From Craspedostauros australis (taxonomy: Eukaryota): DNA of 40,390 nucleotides. This document shows, one piece after another, positions 24,359 through 35,766 of this stretch. The notes beneath the pieces are model-generated. The model was not told where the DNA came from. It saw only the letters and a program-made list of their open reading frames with translations, and did no database searches. The position numbers were made by a program, and so were the translations under genes. The stretch spans positions 1 to 40,390 of the forward strand of contig JALAGF010000708.1 in assembly GCA_030167865.1 (NCBI GenBank), written 5' to 3'. Position 1 is the first letter of the stretch. The number at the start of each line of letters is the position of its first letter.

Positions 24359-25365
24359 GTTGTTGTTCTTTCTTTGTTCCTGCCCTTGTATGTATTGCTC
24401 GGCACCTGAAAGGGTCCTCTCGCAGAAGCTCAGATCGGATGCAGGTGCAAAAGAATGCAAGAGAAATCGACTGAATTCCAATGTGCAAATGAATCAACAA
24501 AGCAAGAAGAGAGGGAAGGAACGAATGACGGAATGAAGGAGGATGGTAGAACAAATTCCAATTCGATCCCATTCAGCGCAAAAGACAGAGGGAGCCTCAA
24601 CACACAAGTACTCTCTGGTGCGCTTCGTAGTCGTAGTCGTACAGTATTGCCGAAAGACGACGCAGAGCCGAGTACATGAATGTTGAACCGTGATGTCGAG
24701 CCAAAGATGTCAAGAAAGCACAACGAAGAAAAAGAGAGAGAGAGTCGTTGGCGCGATCGGCAGGAACTTCCTCTCCGCTCGTGTTCTGCGCATGTCACCG
24801 TCTTGTTGCACGTTGGTCAATCACATTCATGAGGTATCACGTGGCACCAACCACGATGCGAACGACATCGTCGCGACACATCTTCCGGTTTCGAACAAGC
24901 CGACCAACCACAACGTCATCTCCAAGGCTTCCTTCCTCGCCACTTTTTCTCCAACCAAACAGAACAACATCCTCGAAACGTTTTGATTGGTGGATACATA
25001 TACTCGAATCAGTCAAGGAGAAACGTGAACTAGTGGCAGGCAATACTCGACCAACGCGATCATATCCATGACATCCATCCAAAAAGACGAGAATCCAAAA
25101 ACGCGAAAAGACGAGCGAAAAATCAGAACGCAAAGATCCCATCACATCAAGAAAGTGGCGTAGGCAGAGAGAAGGCATCAGCTCGATGCGGCGCACCCCG
25201 TCCAACAAAGGGATCTCTCCGTCTTCTCTGTATCTCTGCCATGGACACCATCCCACCTATTCCGTCAAGAGGATCATACAATTGCGAGACTGCTGCCGAC
25301 GACTCCCACGACGACGTGCACTCAACCAACTACGCGTAAACGATCGATCGCTTGAGAATTTGGAG

Positions 25366-26111
25366 ATGAGTGAAGCGGAAGTGAAGGAACAGAGCAAACC
25401 CGCCACACCGGCTCCAACACCAGCGACGGCTGCTGCTGCTGCTGCTGCACCCAGCAACGGCGGTGCTGGCAATGGAGATGGGAATGGCAAAGCGAGATCG
25501 CCGGATTGGAACGACAAGTATTCCCTCAAGGTCAAGACAGAGTTCGTTCTATCTCAACGGTCGGATACTCTGATGCCTGTCACGGAGGAAAGCACGGATT
25601 CGAGAAACAACAGGGACAGCAGAGACAATAGGGATAGCAGAGATAGCAGAGACAGCAGAGACAACAGGAGAGGCAGAAACAAGAAGAACAAAAAGAAGAA
25701 GCGCCCTCGTGATGATAAGGTCCATGATGCCGACAAGCTCTGCCTGGCGACCGTTCGGGGATTGAAGTGTCCTTTCGCCGAGAATTGCAAGTACTCGCAC
25801 GACATCAAGGCCTACATGGCCAAACGTCCTCCCGATCTGCCCATGGAAGGTGGCTGCCCCAATTACAACTCGTTCGGGTTCTGCATCTACGGTGCCATGT
25901 GCCGCTTTGGATCGTCTCACATCAACATGGCGACAGGAGACAACATCACAAAGTTCAAGGAGGAAGATGCTGGCGAAAATGCTAATTCTGGTGTCAACGC
26001 CAACGTCCCACTTCCGGACCCCACCGCCAGTCTCCTGCCAAAGGACGTCCAATCGCAGTTGCGAAAGAAGACCTATCCATTCAAATGCAAGCGTCATTCA
26101 GACAAGTCGAT

Positions 26112-26151
<40 letters not shown>

Positions 26152-27725
26152 AAGCCCAAAGATGAAGTTCCTGCTCCTGCTTCGGATGCCACTGCCGCTG
26201 TTGTCAAGAAGGAAGGCGACATTTCAAGAACGACAGCGGCAGCACCAGCTCCTGAAAACACAGCATCGGATTCCACAACTCCCGTCGAACTAAAAACCAG
26301 AAAGATCATTGATTTTTCCAACAAGGTGTACGTCGCGCCGCTCACCACGGTCGGCAACCTCCCATTCCGACGCATCATGAAGAAGTTCCAGGCTGATATC
26401 ACGTGCGGCGAGATGGCGCTCGCGACCTGCATACTCGAGGGCAAGCCATCCGAATGGGCACTGCTGAAGCGTCACAGGGATGAGGATGTGTTCGGCATTC
26501 AGCTCGCCGCCGCTCATCCGGATCAATTCACCAGAGCCTCGGAACTGATCGAGAAGTACATCGACGTCGACTTCGTCGATCTCAACCTCGGTTGTCCCAT
26601 CGACCTGATCTGCAACAAGGGCGCCGGTGCGGCCCTCATGATGCGTGACAAGAAGCTCAAGGGTGCGTTGGAGGGGATTTGCAACACCCTCACCTGTCCA
26701 GTCACCATCAAGATGAGAGCCGGCTGGGACATGGCCAAGCCATTCGCTCATGACCTCGTCCCCAAGATCCAGAGCTGGGGTTACGGCAACATCGGAGCCA
26801 TCATGGTGAGTGCAACGCTGCGTTTTGGTTTTGGTGTTGTTCTTGCTGTCCGCCGTCTGCTGTCCGCCGTCTGCTCGTTTCCTTTATATGATGATAGCGC
26901 ACCGCTGTGACTTGGGAAGTGTCATGAAATGTCCTGCCACTCCACGTTACTTGGCATGAAGCAACTCGATCTCTCATTCTGTTCTCATGAATTCCAACAT
27001 CACTCATCGCCATCACCATGACCAACATCGATTGATCGGTCTCGTCATATTTCAATGCGCGTGGCTGTATCGCCATGCCATCCAAACGATGCTCTGTTTC
27101 ATGTTATCCCATCCTTTCTGTCGCATGTGTCGCATGGCAGGTACATGGACGTTCCAGACTGCAGCGATACACGAAGGAGGCCAACTGGGATTACGTGGCG
27201 AAGGTCGCGGCGAGCCTCTCACCGGATCATCCGAAGATACCGATTATTGGAAATGGTGACATCTTCTCCTACTCGGATTACGAGGAAAAGGTCGCTCGGG
27301 AAGGCATCAACGCGACCGCCATGCTGGCACGCGGCGCCCTCATCAAGCCATGGCTGCCGACCGAGATCAAGGAACGTCGTCATTGGGACATCTCCGCATC
27401 GGAGCGCTTGGACATGCTGAGAGACTTTGTGAGATTCGGATTGGAGCACTGGGGATCAGACCAGCAGGGGGTGAACACGGCACGTCGCTTCCTGTTGGAG
27501 TGGCTGTCATTCCTGCATCGTTACGTCCCTGTCGGCTTACTCGAGGCCCCGCCTCAGCAGATGAACCAACGGCCACCGAAGCACCTGCGCGGTCGCAATG
27601 ACCTCGAGACCTTGTTCATGTCGGATTACAGTGGCGACTGGGTCAAGATCTCCGAGATGCTGCTCGGTAAGGTACCTGACAACTTTCTCTTCGAGCCCAA
27701 ACACAAGGCCAGAGGGTATGCGTGA
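25366..27725 (+). CDS. DUS3: tRNA-dihydrouridine(47) synthase DUS3; exons 25366-26805 and 27141-27725
   Basis: Two CCCH fingers, then YVAPLTTVGNLPFRR, DLNLGCPID, VHGRSRLQRY, IIGNGDI, RGALIKPW, GLEHWGSD and PKHKA. Phase-0 GT-AG intron. Confidence 0.96.
25609..25668 (+). repeat. Coding 9-nt minisatellite encoding (N/S)RD repeats in DUS3
   Basis: aacagggac agcagagac aatagggat agcagagat agcagagac agcagagac aacagg. Confidence 0.85.
26119..26151 (+). repeat. (CAG)10CAA polyglutamine tract in DUS3
   Basis: Read directly; encodes Q11. Confidence 0.95.
26844..26875. repeat. 14-bp perfect tandem duplication in the DUS3 intron
   Basis: TGCTGTCCGCCGTC x2 + TGCT. Confidence 0.85.
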
Positions 27726-28472
27726 GCAAAACGCAAAAACAGCTGCATGGACAATGGCGATGGCAGCAGAAGCAGCAGGAACAGCAACAACAGCCACTGC
27801 ATCACCGGCGATGACATCTACGAGTCCAACAATGACATTCATTCTCCCGCTCAGAACTCGAGGAGCTCTCAACCCCAAATCACAAAAACAGATGCAAAAT
27901 GGCACTGGCGCAACTTCGTCACGCAGGCATTGCAACTCAACATATGATAGAATGCGCATATTTGAAAATACTTCAGAGTATTGGTAGCTCGTCGTGTTCT
28001 GCTCAATGGAGCACAGTACGAGTTCACTTCGGTATCTCGCTGTCTGTCGTAGCTCGTACCATACTCGTCAGACTACCATGGTGAGAGACCTTCATATCGC
28101 TTACATACCATTTATAACTTGCTGCAGCGGCGCGTTCCCCAGAGAGCGAGACAGCACATGGACACGAAGTGGCAAGGCAGGTTTTCTATTGTTCACACGG
28201 AGAGTACGTGTGTGTGTGTGTGCGCAGTCCACCACATGACTTTTCGTCTCTGGAATTGGGCGGCGCTCTGTCACACGAACAGGAGGACGCGGTTTAGGTT
28301 CCGACACACACACTCAGACATGCACGTACTTCAGTACTCGTAGTATTGATTTGTTATAAATACACCATGTTATTCTCATGAGTGAGACAGAGAGCACCGG
28401 TACATACGGATAGAGAGTATTAACGCCACGACTTACGGAAAGAGCCAGAATGGACAGAGGGTAGCGAAACGG

Positions 28473-31400
28473 CTAGTAGCATTCCTCACAACAGTCGCAG
28501 AAGACTTCGGGATCATCACCGGCGCAGTCGGCAGTGAGGAATTGTAAGTCTTTTGACCTGGTACCCTTCGCATCACAGATCGCTTGGGAGATGTTTCCCA
28601 CGAGGTTGTTGCCGTGGAGTCTCAGACCGCCTACAATGAATAAGTTGCAACACGGTCAGGGTGGTTTTCGAGAGGCAAGCACAAGCACGGCGGAAACAAG
28701 TTGGTGCAAGGTTTTGCGTGAGTACTCGTACGTGTTGCCGTTCTAGCTGTGCGCTGTGGCGTGAATCCATTTCTCATCACGAAGAGTGTCCATACCACGT
28801 CATCAATACTCGTAGCATCACCAACGCAGGGGGGTAGAGACGATGGGCAGGTAGGCAGACATTCGAACGGCGACCAACACATACCAGACCATCCAAGCGG
28901 CTCATCGTCCTCATATGGCAGGGCAGGGCAGGGCAGCATAGGACTTACTGAGAGTGGAGTTGCCGACAGGGGTCAACTGTTCCAGCGTTGCTGGAATTGC
29001 TCCTGAAAACGTGTTGTTGTTCAATCTTGCGTCCCTCAGGTTCACTAGCTGTGCAATTGCATCAGGAATCGCTCCCGAGAACTTGGCATCGTGAAGAAAC
29101 AGTTTCTCCAGCTTTTGGGCTTTGAACAAGTTCAGCGGCAATGCGCCGCCGATCCCCGTCTCTTGAAGCTGAAGCTCTTCAAGCTCTGGCCATTTCACGA
29201 TGTCCTCTGAGATGCTCCCGCTTAACTTCGGGTTGTCCTGGAGGTAGAGAATGCGCATTTCTTTCAGGTCATACATGTCATCCGGGATGGGACCTCTGAG
29301 GTCATTTGACCTCGCTTGTAGATTCCCTGCGATCGTAAACCCGTCCGCACGGCCGCACGCAAAATGATCAAGCACGTAGCAGTCACAAATATGTAATGGG
29401 ATTCGAGTTGGTACGAGTATGGCACAAATCAGACAGAGAGTACTTGTGAGCAGAAGCATCCAGTTGATGGCTGAGCATTCGACTCCAGCAGGTTTTGTTT
29501 TTGCGCAGTTCTGCTGTAGCAGGACGTGCAATGACCGAGTCGATACAACGGCCAAGAGTCGTGTTGTGCTCGCCCATCTGGCACTGTCGCTGTCATCACA
29601 GGTAATCGCACCAGTAGTGGTAGCAGCAGCTGCAGCAGCAGCAATCGCAGTAGCAACAAGACATTTATCGCAGGCAGGGTTCTTGCCAGAAATGTATTGA
29701 CTTACGCAAGTTCGGTAAGTTGGAGATACTTCCCGGGATGGTCCCTGTTGTGAATGGAGCATCAATCGCACCAGCGGCAACAATAGTGACAGGAACGGCG
29801 TCAGAGAACGAGAATGGGAGCAAGACGCACATTGCGTGTGTGTATGTGAGAAACAGTTCGCGTATCCATATTCGTGGGGACAAAAATGGCAGAATATAGC
29901 AGAGCCATTGACGTGATGTACATCCCCACAGGGCATGGTGGGGCTGCTACTGTTGACAAATAGTGCCAACTTACCAGTGAATTCATTCACCGAGAGCATC
30001 AGTGTCTTGAGAGCTGGTGCAGACACACCTAGACCAGACAAGGAGCCGCTGAATTTGTTGGAGCTCAGACTGAGTCTCTCGAGCTGGGGATTGTCTGCCA
30101 CGAGCAATGAGGGAAAAGATCCGCTCAGACTGTTGCCACCCATCAGGACCAGTTGCAAGTTCGTCAACCGTGGAGACCAACTGACTGGGATTGGTCCTGT
30201 CAGCCCTCGTTCAGACTGAATCACGAGCAACTCCAAGTTGGTCAGAAATGCCAACTCGAAGGGCAAGGTACCCACTAAGTTGTTGCCTTCCTGGTTGCTG
30301 GGAGCTGCATGTTGGATACACGATGATGATGATGATGATAGCATGTTGGTGGTGAAGACATGTCCATAACCATGACACGAGGAGACAAGAGAGCGGGCGC
30401 GTGAGGATTTTTTTTAGTTTACTCATGGTTGCGAATCAATTGGGACGAGAGCAGCAGTAGCAACAACAGCAGCAGCATAGCAGCAGGAGTACGGGTAACA
30501 AAAAGATCTTGCAAATGGGCACATATGTGTGGAGCAAACCAAGGCAAGTATTGCCGATCCAGACAGCATGAACGCCAATATCAAGCATCAAGCATCAGGC
30601 ACCGCCCTGTTCTTGTTTCACGCATGGGAAAACAAGTCGGCAACAAGCACGAACATGTCACTTACGGAAGAACAAGTTGTTGATCACGCCATCATCGCAT
30701 TGTATTGCGAACCAGTCGCATTCGTTGTCATTTGTCAGCCATTCAGTTCGGGCGCACTTGGTTGCATCGCGCCCGCAAGTTGTCCATTCATCGCCTTGGG
30801 TGGAGAAATAAAGTGTCGCGAGTGCATACCTCGCAAGCATGCGGGGGTCGGTGGATGAGAGTCCCGCGGACCCTTCTCCAGTAGCCCATTCTGCTGCCTT
30901 GAATTGCGGGGTGTCTTTTGAGCTGAATGCCGCGTTGTACATGTCATCATTTGCGTAAGCAGCCTTGAAAACCTCCAGCGTCTCAGCAAAGAGCATCGAC
31001 GTTGGCGACCCCGTTGGGGTATCCGTCGGAGAATTGGATGGTACTTCAGCCACACTGCTGCTGCCACCAGAAGAATCGCCGCCCGTGAACACCACCACCA
31101 AGACAACGATGACTGCGATGGCAATGGTGCAGATGACAGCGCCGATACGACACAGGAGCTGTCTTCGCTTCCTATCGTCCAATTCCTCCTCTTCTTGCTC
31201 GCTCATCACGACCGCAACTCCCATCGCTTCGACCGCTGTATCGGCAACGAATGCCTGCAAGTCCCAATGGAACCACAACGCGGTTAAAACCAAAACAGCA
31301 AGTTGAAAGTTGAGACAGTGAGCGACGAAGCATGCAATCATAATGTCAAACGAAGGTGAGAATATGGATGTGGGTATGAATATGAAAATGAAGATGGTAA

Positions 31401-33384
31401 CATGGAACCATGCGGAAGACATTTTTTGATGGCATGCGTCTTTTCTTTCAATGAATCGATGGCAAGTATGCGCAGTCACACCGTAACATAGCCGAGCAAC
31501 AACAACAACAACATCAACAGCACCAAAGACAGCGATTGAAGGCCTTGAGCGTGGCCGAGGAAAGACCGACAAATGGGAAGCACGTACCTGAATCCCACCA
31601 TCTTCAACACCCTCCATGGTCGGGGCAGCTGATGATGGATGGGCGTCGTTCTCAGTCGTTGGCGAGGTTCCTGCGACCGGGGCTTCCTGGGGAACCCCTC
31701 CATTCGCTCCTGCTGACGGGATGCTCCTGTCGTATGACGAAGTCGCTTGCGATGGTGGAGGTTGTTGTGATTGCAACGGTGGTTGCACAGAGATCTGGTT
31801 CAACGGCGGTCCAAGATTTCCAGCGTCAGGGACGGAGTCGGCAGATTTGCCCAAAATATCGCGCTCGAATTGCTGCATTTCATTGGCAGCAGCACGTTGC
31901 TGCGAAAGCGCCGCCGTCTTGTTCTGAAGGTTGCCCATTTCTATGTTGCCAGCTGCCGCCACTGCTCCCGTCGAATTGACAGCAGTCGATCCTACCGAAG
32001 GGGCGACAGACGCATAGCCTGGGTTTGGTTGGTGCATTGGCATTTGGTTTGGCGCGTTGAGCATCTGCTGTTTGAGCAGGATTTCATGGCTGCTGAGAGG
32101 TGGGTTGGGCATCGGTTGCGTCCTCATTGCGGGCGCGGGAGGTGGGCCAGGTTGTCCGGCTCCCATCCCCATCTCAGCATTGCGTTGAGCCAGCGCAGCT
32201 TGCTTGACTTGCGCAGGGTCGGTCTGCGTGCTGTGCGTGGCCCCACGCGGTGCTCCAGCTGCGACTTGTCGAGGTTGCTGCACCAATCCTGTGGACCCTG
32301 AGGAACTACGGGTCGCCGGGGCATGCCGCGCTGCGTTATGTTGCATCTTTGTGGCGGTCCGAATGTCAGGTTCCTGCGAACCTTGAGCTCCCACCATTGG
32401 TGCAGACTGGCCCTGCCCGTGGGCTCCAGGTCCCTGTTGCTGATGGCGCGGAGCGTCACGACCGGGTCTGCTCCTGTTCGGTGACCTGAGGCTGGCCTTC
32501 ATCTCGTTGTCGCGCTCGATCTGCGTGCGCTGCTGCGAAGGAGGGCTCGGCATGGATCCTGCATCACCGCTTCGATTTCCAACAGCAGCAGATCTGCCTC
32601 CAGCGGCACGGCGCTTGATTTCACTGTCGCTCATCGCTTGGCCTCCACCAACTGATCCAGATCCAGACGCTCCAATGCCGGCAACGCCCACGGCCCCTGG
32701 AGTTGCTCTACTGCCAGCATTATTTTGGAAACGCCGTTTTGTGTTCTCCACGAGGGATGGGACGCTCTTCAGGTTGCCTGGCCCGCTGTTGGTTGTGATA
32801 GTGCTGCCTCCCACAGTGCTGTCATCCTGTTGCATCCGTGACCTTCGACTCTCAGCAACGACGCCGGCGCCAACACCGACACTGGAAGCCCTGCTGCTTG
32901 CACCACCGGTGCTGGAACCGTCGCTGCTCTCGTTCGCCGATTTCATGACTTGCTGGACTCTCCTCTGCTTCTCTTGGGCGGTGAGGTTCGGGTCGCGCAT
33001 GATCGCCACCATCATCTGCCTGGCGTCGGAGGCGCTCACAGGTGCTGCATCTTGTACCGATGGGGCATTGCTGTCACCTGCATTCGTGGCGACGTCTGTG
33101 CCTGTGGTTGCCCTCGTATCTACCGTCGCCGCCGAGCACGCGTTGGCTTGGGAGTACGCATCGCTTTGGACGGTTTGGACGCTGGGAGGAGGCGGCGATG
33201 GCTGGCGAGGTTCCGGTTGAGAAGCAGGTGCGGGTGCAGGCGTTGGCTTTGGCTTCGCCGCAGCCGACATGATCTCTCGAATCTTTTGCTGACGTTGCTG
33301 CGGTGTCAGGCTCGAATCCCTCATCACCTCCTGGATCGCCTTGCGCTTGGCGATCTGCGCGTTGCTTTCTTCTGGGACCTCCAT
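28473..33384 (-). CDS. Type-II membrane leucine-rich-repeat protein (diatom receptor-like LRR family); exons 33384-31588, 31254-30666, 30304-29975, 29744-29706, 29326-28949, 28630-28473
   Basis: Long disordered N-terminus, TM helix (IGAVICTIAIAVIVVLVVVF), TPQFKAAEW…RYALATLYFST…W…ECDWFAIQC cap, plant-type LRRs (NxLxGxIP) and C-terminal LTADC…VFCDCCEECY*. Five GT-AG introns are phase-consistent. The last exon is absent from the ORF track. Confidence 0.88.
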
Positions 33385-33717
33385 GGTTGAGTATGTCGAG
33401 TGGGTTTGGTACTCTACGAATGCCTAGAGGATGACTGGAATTGCAGACGCCTTGCTCCAGCTCGTACGCAGAGCGTGTATTAGTTTGCAGGAATGATTGG
33501 CAGCACAACTTGTGACGGTCAACGGCAGGCCTGAAGCGTCTCGTTGCGTCCCGTTGCGTCTCGTTGTGGGATGTAGAATAGATGCGGACGAGTAATGGGG
33601 GCAATGTGAAGTCGAGACGACTTTCTGCTTGGCGCGCGTAGTTGCAATTGTGCTCGCAATCTGGACAGAGAGCATGTGCCGGCACAGCAATGGCACCAAT
33701 CAGACCTCTTCCTTGGG

Positions 33718-33745
33718 GTGTGGATTTGTGTGGATTTGTGTGGAT
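33718..33745. repeat. 10-bp tandem repeat (GTGTGGATTT) in the LRR/glutaredoxin intergenic region
   Basis: gtgtggattt gtgtggattt gtgtggat. Confidence 0.8.
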
Positions 33746-34051
33746 CTCGATGTGAAGATGTGCGTTCGTGCTCATGTCAATGCTTTCACCTCTGTGTGTG
33801 TCTTTGCTCTTGTGCTGAAGCCATCAGAACTTTCGCGTTGTTTCGCAAGAAACAAAACAAAAATACGGTCATTTGCGTTGCAGTTCCCACCGGTTTGGTT
33901 GGGTTGCACCAGTCCCGAATAGGTTGTCATATTTTTGACTAATACATATTTTGACATGGCTCCAGAACAACAATGGCAACGAATGGGATACACTGTGAAA
34001 ATGCATGTAATTCGTATAAATGTCAGCTGTGTGAAATGATTGTCGTTCTCG

Positions 34052-34226
34052 TGTCACAATGTGACATTTCTTTCGACACTTGAAAAAGAATGCGATCGAT
34101 CATTGTCGAACGCACTCTTGACGTGAACGTGTCTCACGCGTGTGTTTGGGCCTGAATTCTCTGCAATTCTGATGTGGTGACGTCTCGACCACTCCCTCAC
34201 CTCCCCAGATCTTTCCATCAACGTCA
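34052..34226. promoter_or_regulatory. Cluster of TGACGT (bZIP/CRE-like) boxes plus a TGTCAC-N3-GTGACA palindrome upstream of glutaredoxin
   Basis: TGACGT at 34119 and 34178, ACGTCA at 34221, palindrome at 34052-34066. Confidence 0.4.
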
Positions 34227-34311
34227 TCAACTCCATCGGCACCAGCCCAGAACACCCATAAAAACAACCACATCGCCAAAACAACACACAGCCACCACCA
34301 ACAACGACAAG

Positions 34312-35480
34312 ATGAAGTTCTCACTCCGAATCCTCGCAGGGGCCGCATGCATCGCTGGCGCAACCGCATTCACCTTCGCACGACCATCCACCATCGGACG
34401 CGTGTTCGGATCCAGCGTCGCCACATCCATCGCCTCCTCCACAACCCAAAGACGCCTCGCTTCCACCTCTCTCAACATGTCCGCCGAAGACTTTGCCAAG
34501 TCCGCCATCGACAGCAATGATGTACGTATCCGCACTGCTTCAGAGAATGATTGGGCATCTCAGTAGTGTGGGACCACACTCGCACTCTTCCGTCACCACG
34601 TGCGGATTTCAGGATCCCGCAATTGCGAGGAATCTCTCCGCAAAAGAGAAACGCCCGCTCATTACCTTGCTTGCGGATTCGACACATGGCTCTCGACAGT
34701 GATGCATTGCATTGAGATACCTGTGGGATGGCAGAGCCCATGATGGGCGGATCAGGAGCTCAACAGCGCATGACCACCATCCTACTCGTATGCACTTGCA
34801 AAGAGTATCCAATTCTCGTTCTTCAAACTCTGCCACCACGCAATGCTTCAGATCCATTGACATCATGATCGAAACATGGTCGCTCGAGAAGGCAGATCAT
34901 TCCAACATTGAGTTATTGGCGCATCGTCGACTTGCCGAATTGCCAAACTGCGCGAGTGCATGCAAAATCACCACAACAAACTAACTTGAATTATCGTCAT
35001 CAACACCCCTGCTTTGCCTTGACACTGCCGATGGCTCCTTTCAATTCATTGCACGTTGTTGCCCGGATGGTCACCGCAAATTGATGTGCTGGGAACACGA
35101 TTGTGGATACTCTCGGCGATGATCGCCTCATGATGGACGCGCGTTCGAATTATCGTGCCAACCAACTGCAAACAACGCCACCTGCTCCACAACGACTTGC
35201 ATTCGTACTCATATTTTCCCCGCAGGTTGTCGTCTTCTCCAAGTCCTTCTGCCCATTCTGCAAGGCCACGAAGGAAACTTTGGCAGGCCTGGGAATTGAG
35301 GCCAAGGTGTTCGAATTGAACAAGATGGACGACGGTGCCGCCATCCAGGATGCTCTCCTCGGCATGACCGGACAAAAAACTGTTCCAAATGTCTTCGTCA
35401 AGCAGCAGCACATTGGCGGTAACGACGACACACAGGCAGCCGTCAACGACGGAAAGATCAAGGAGTTGCTCGGACTCTAA
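34312..35480 (+). CDS. Dithiol glutaredoxin (CPFC), plastid-targeted; exons 34312-34521 and 35226-35480
   Basis: Signal peptide ending ATA-FTF plus transit peptide. A phase-0 704-bp intron joins SND|VVVFSKSFCPFC…TVPNVF…IGGNDD. Confidence 0.93.
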
Positions 35481-35766
35481 ACGTCGTCGTGCCTTGGATG
35501 GGAAACATAGCGAATCATTTCTAATGCATGCATGAATGCGTGATACGGTCAGCAAACAGAACCTGCACCATGATCAAAGACAGCAAGGAACCGAACAAAA
35601 ATGATAGTGAAAGCTTTGCTGATCGCACGACCATTAGAAAGCAGTTTCTCTCTCATCTATAGTATGATGCTTCCATAGAGCACGTGCAAATAAATCGGAT
35701 CCCATACTGTACTCTTCGCACTGCACTATACTGCGCTATTTTTTCCTATACCGTGCGAGCACCGCA

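Noticed and set aside
25603..25670. Short repeats as a possible CRISPR-like array
   Set aside because: In-frame 9-nt coding minisatellite with no spacers, in eukaryotic context and with no cas genes.
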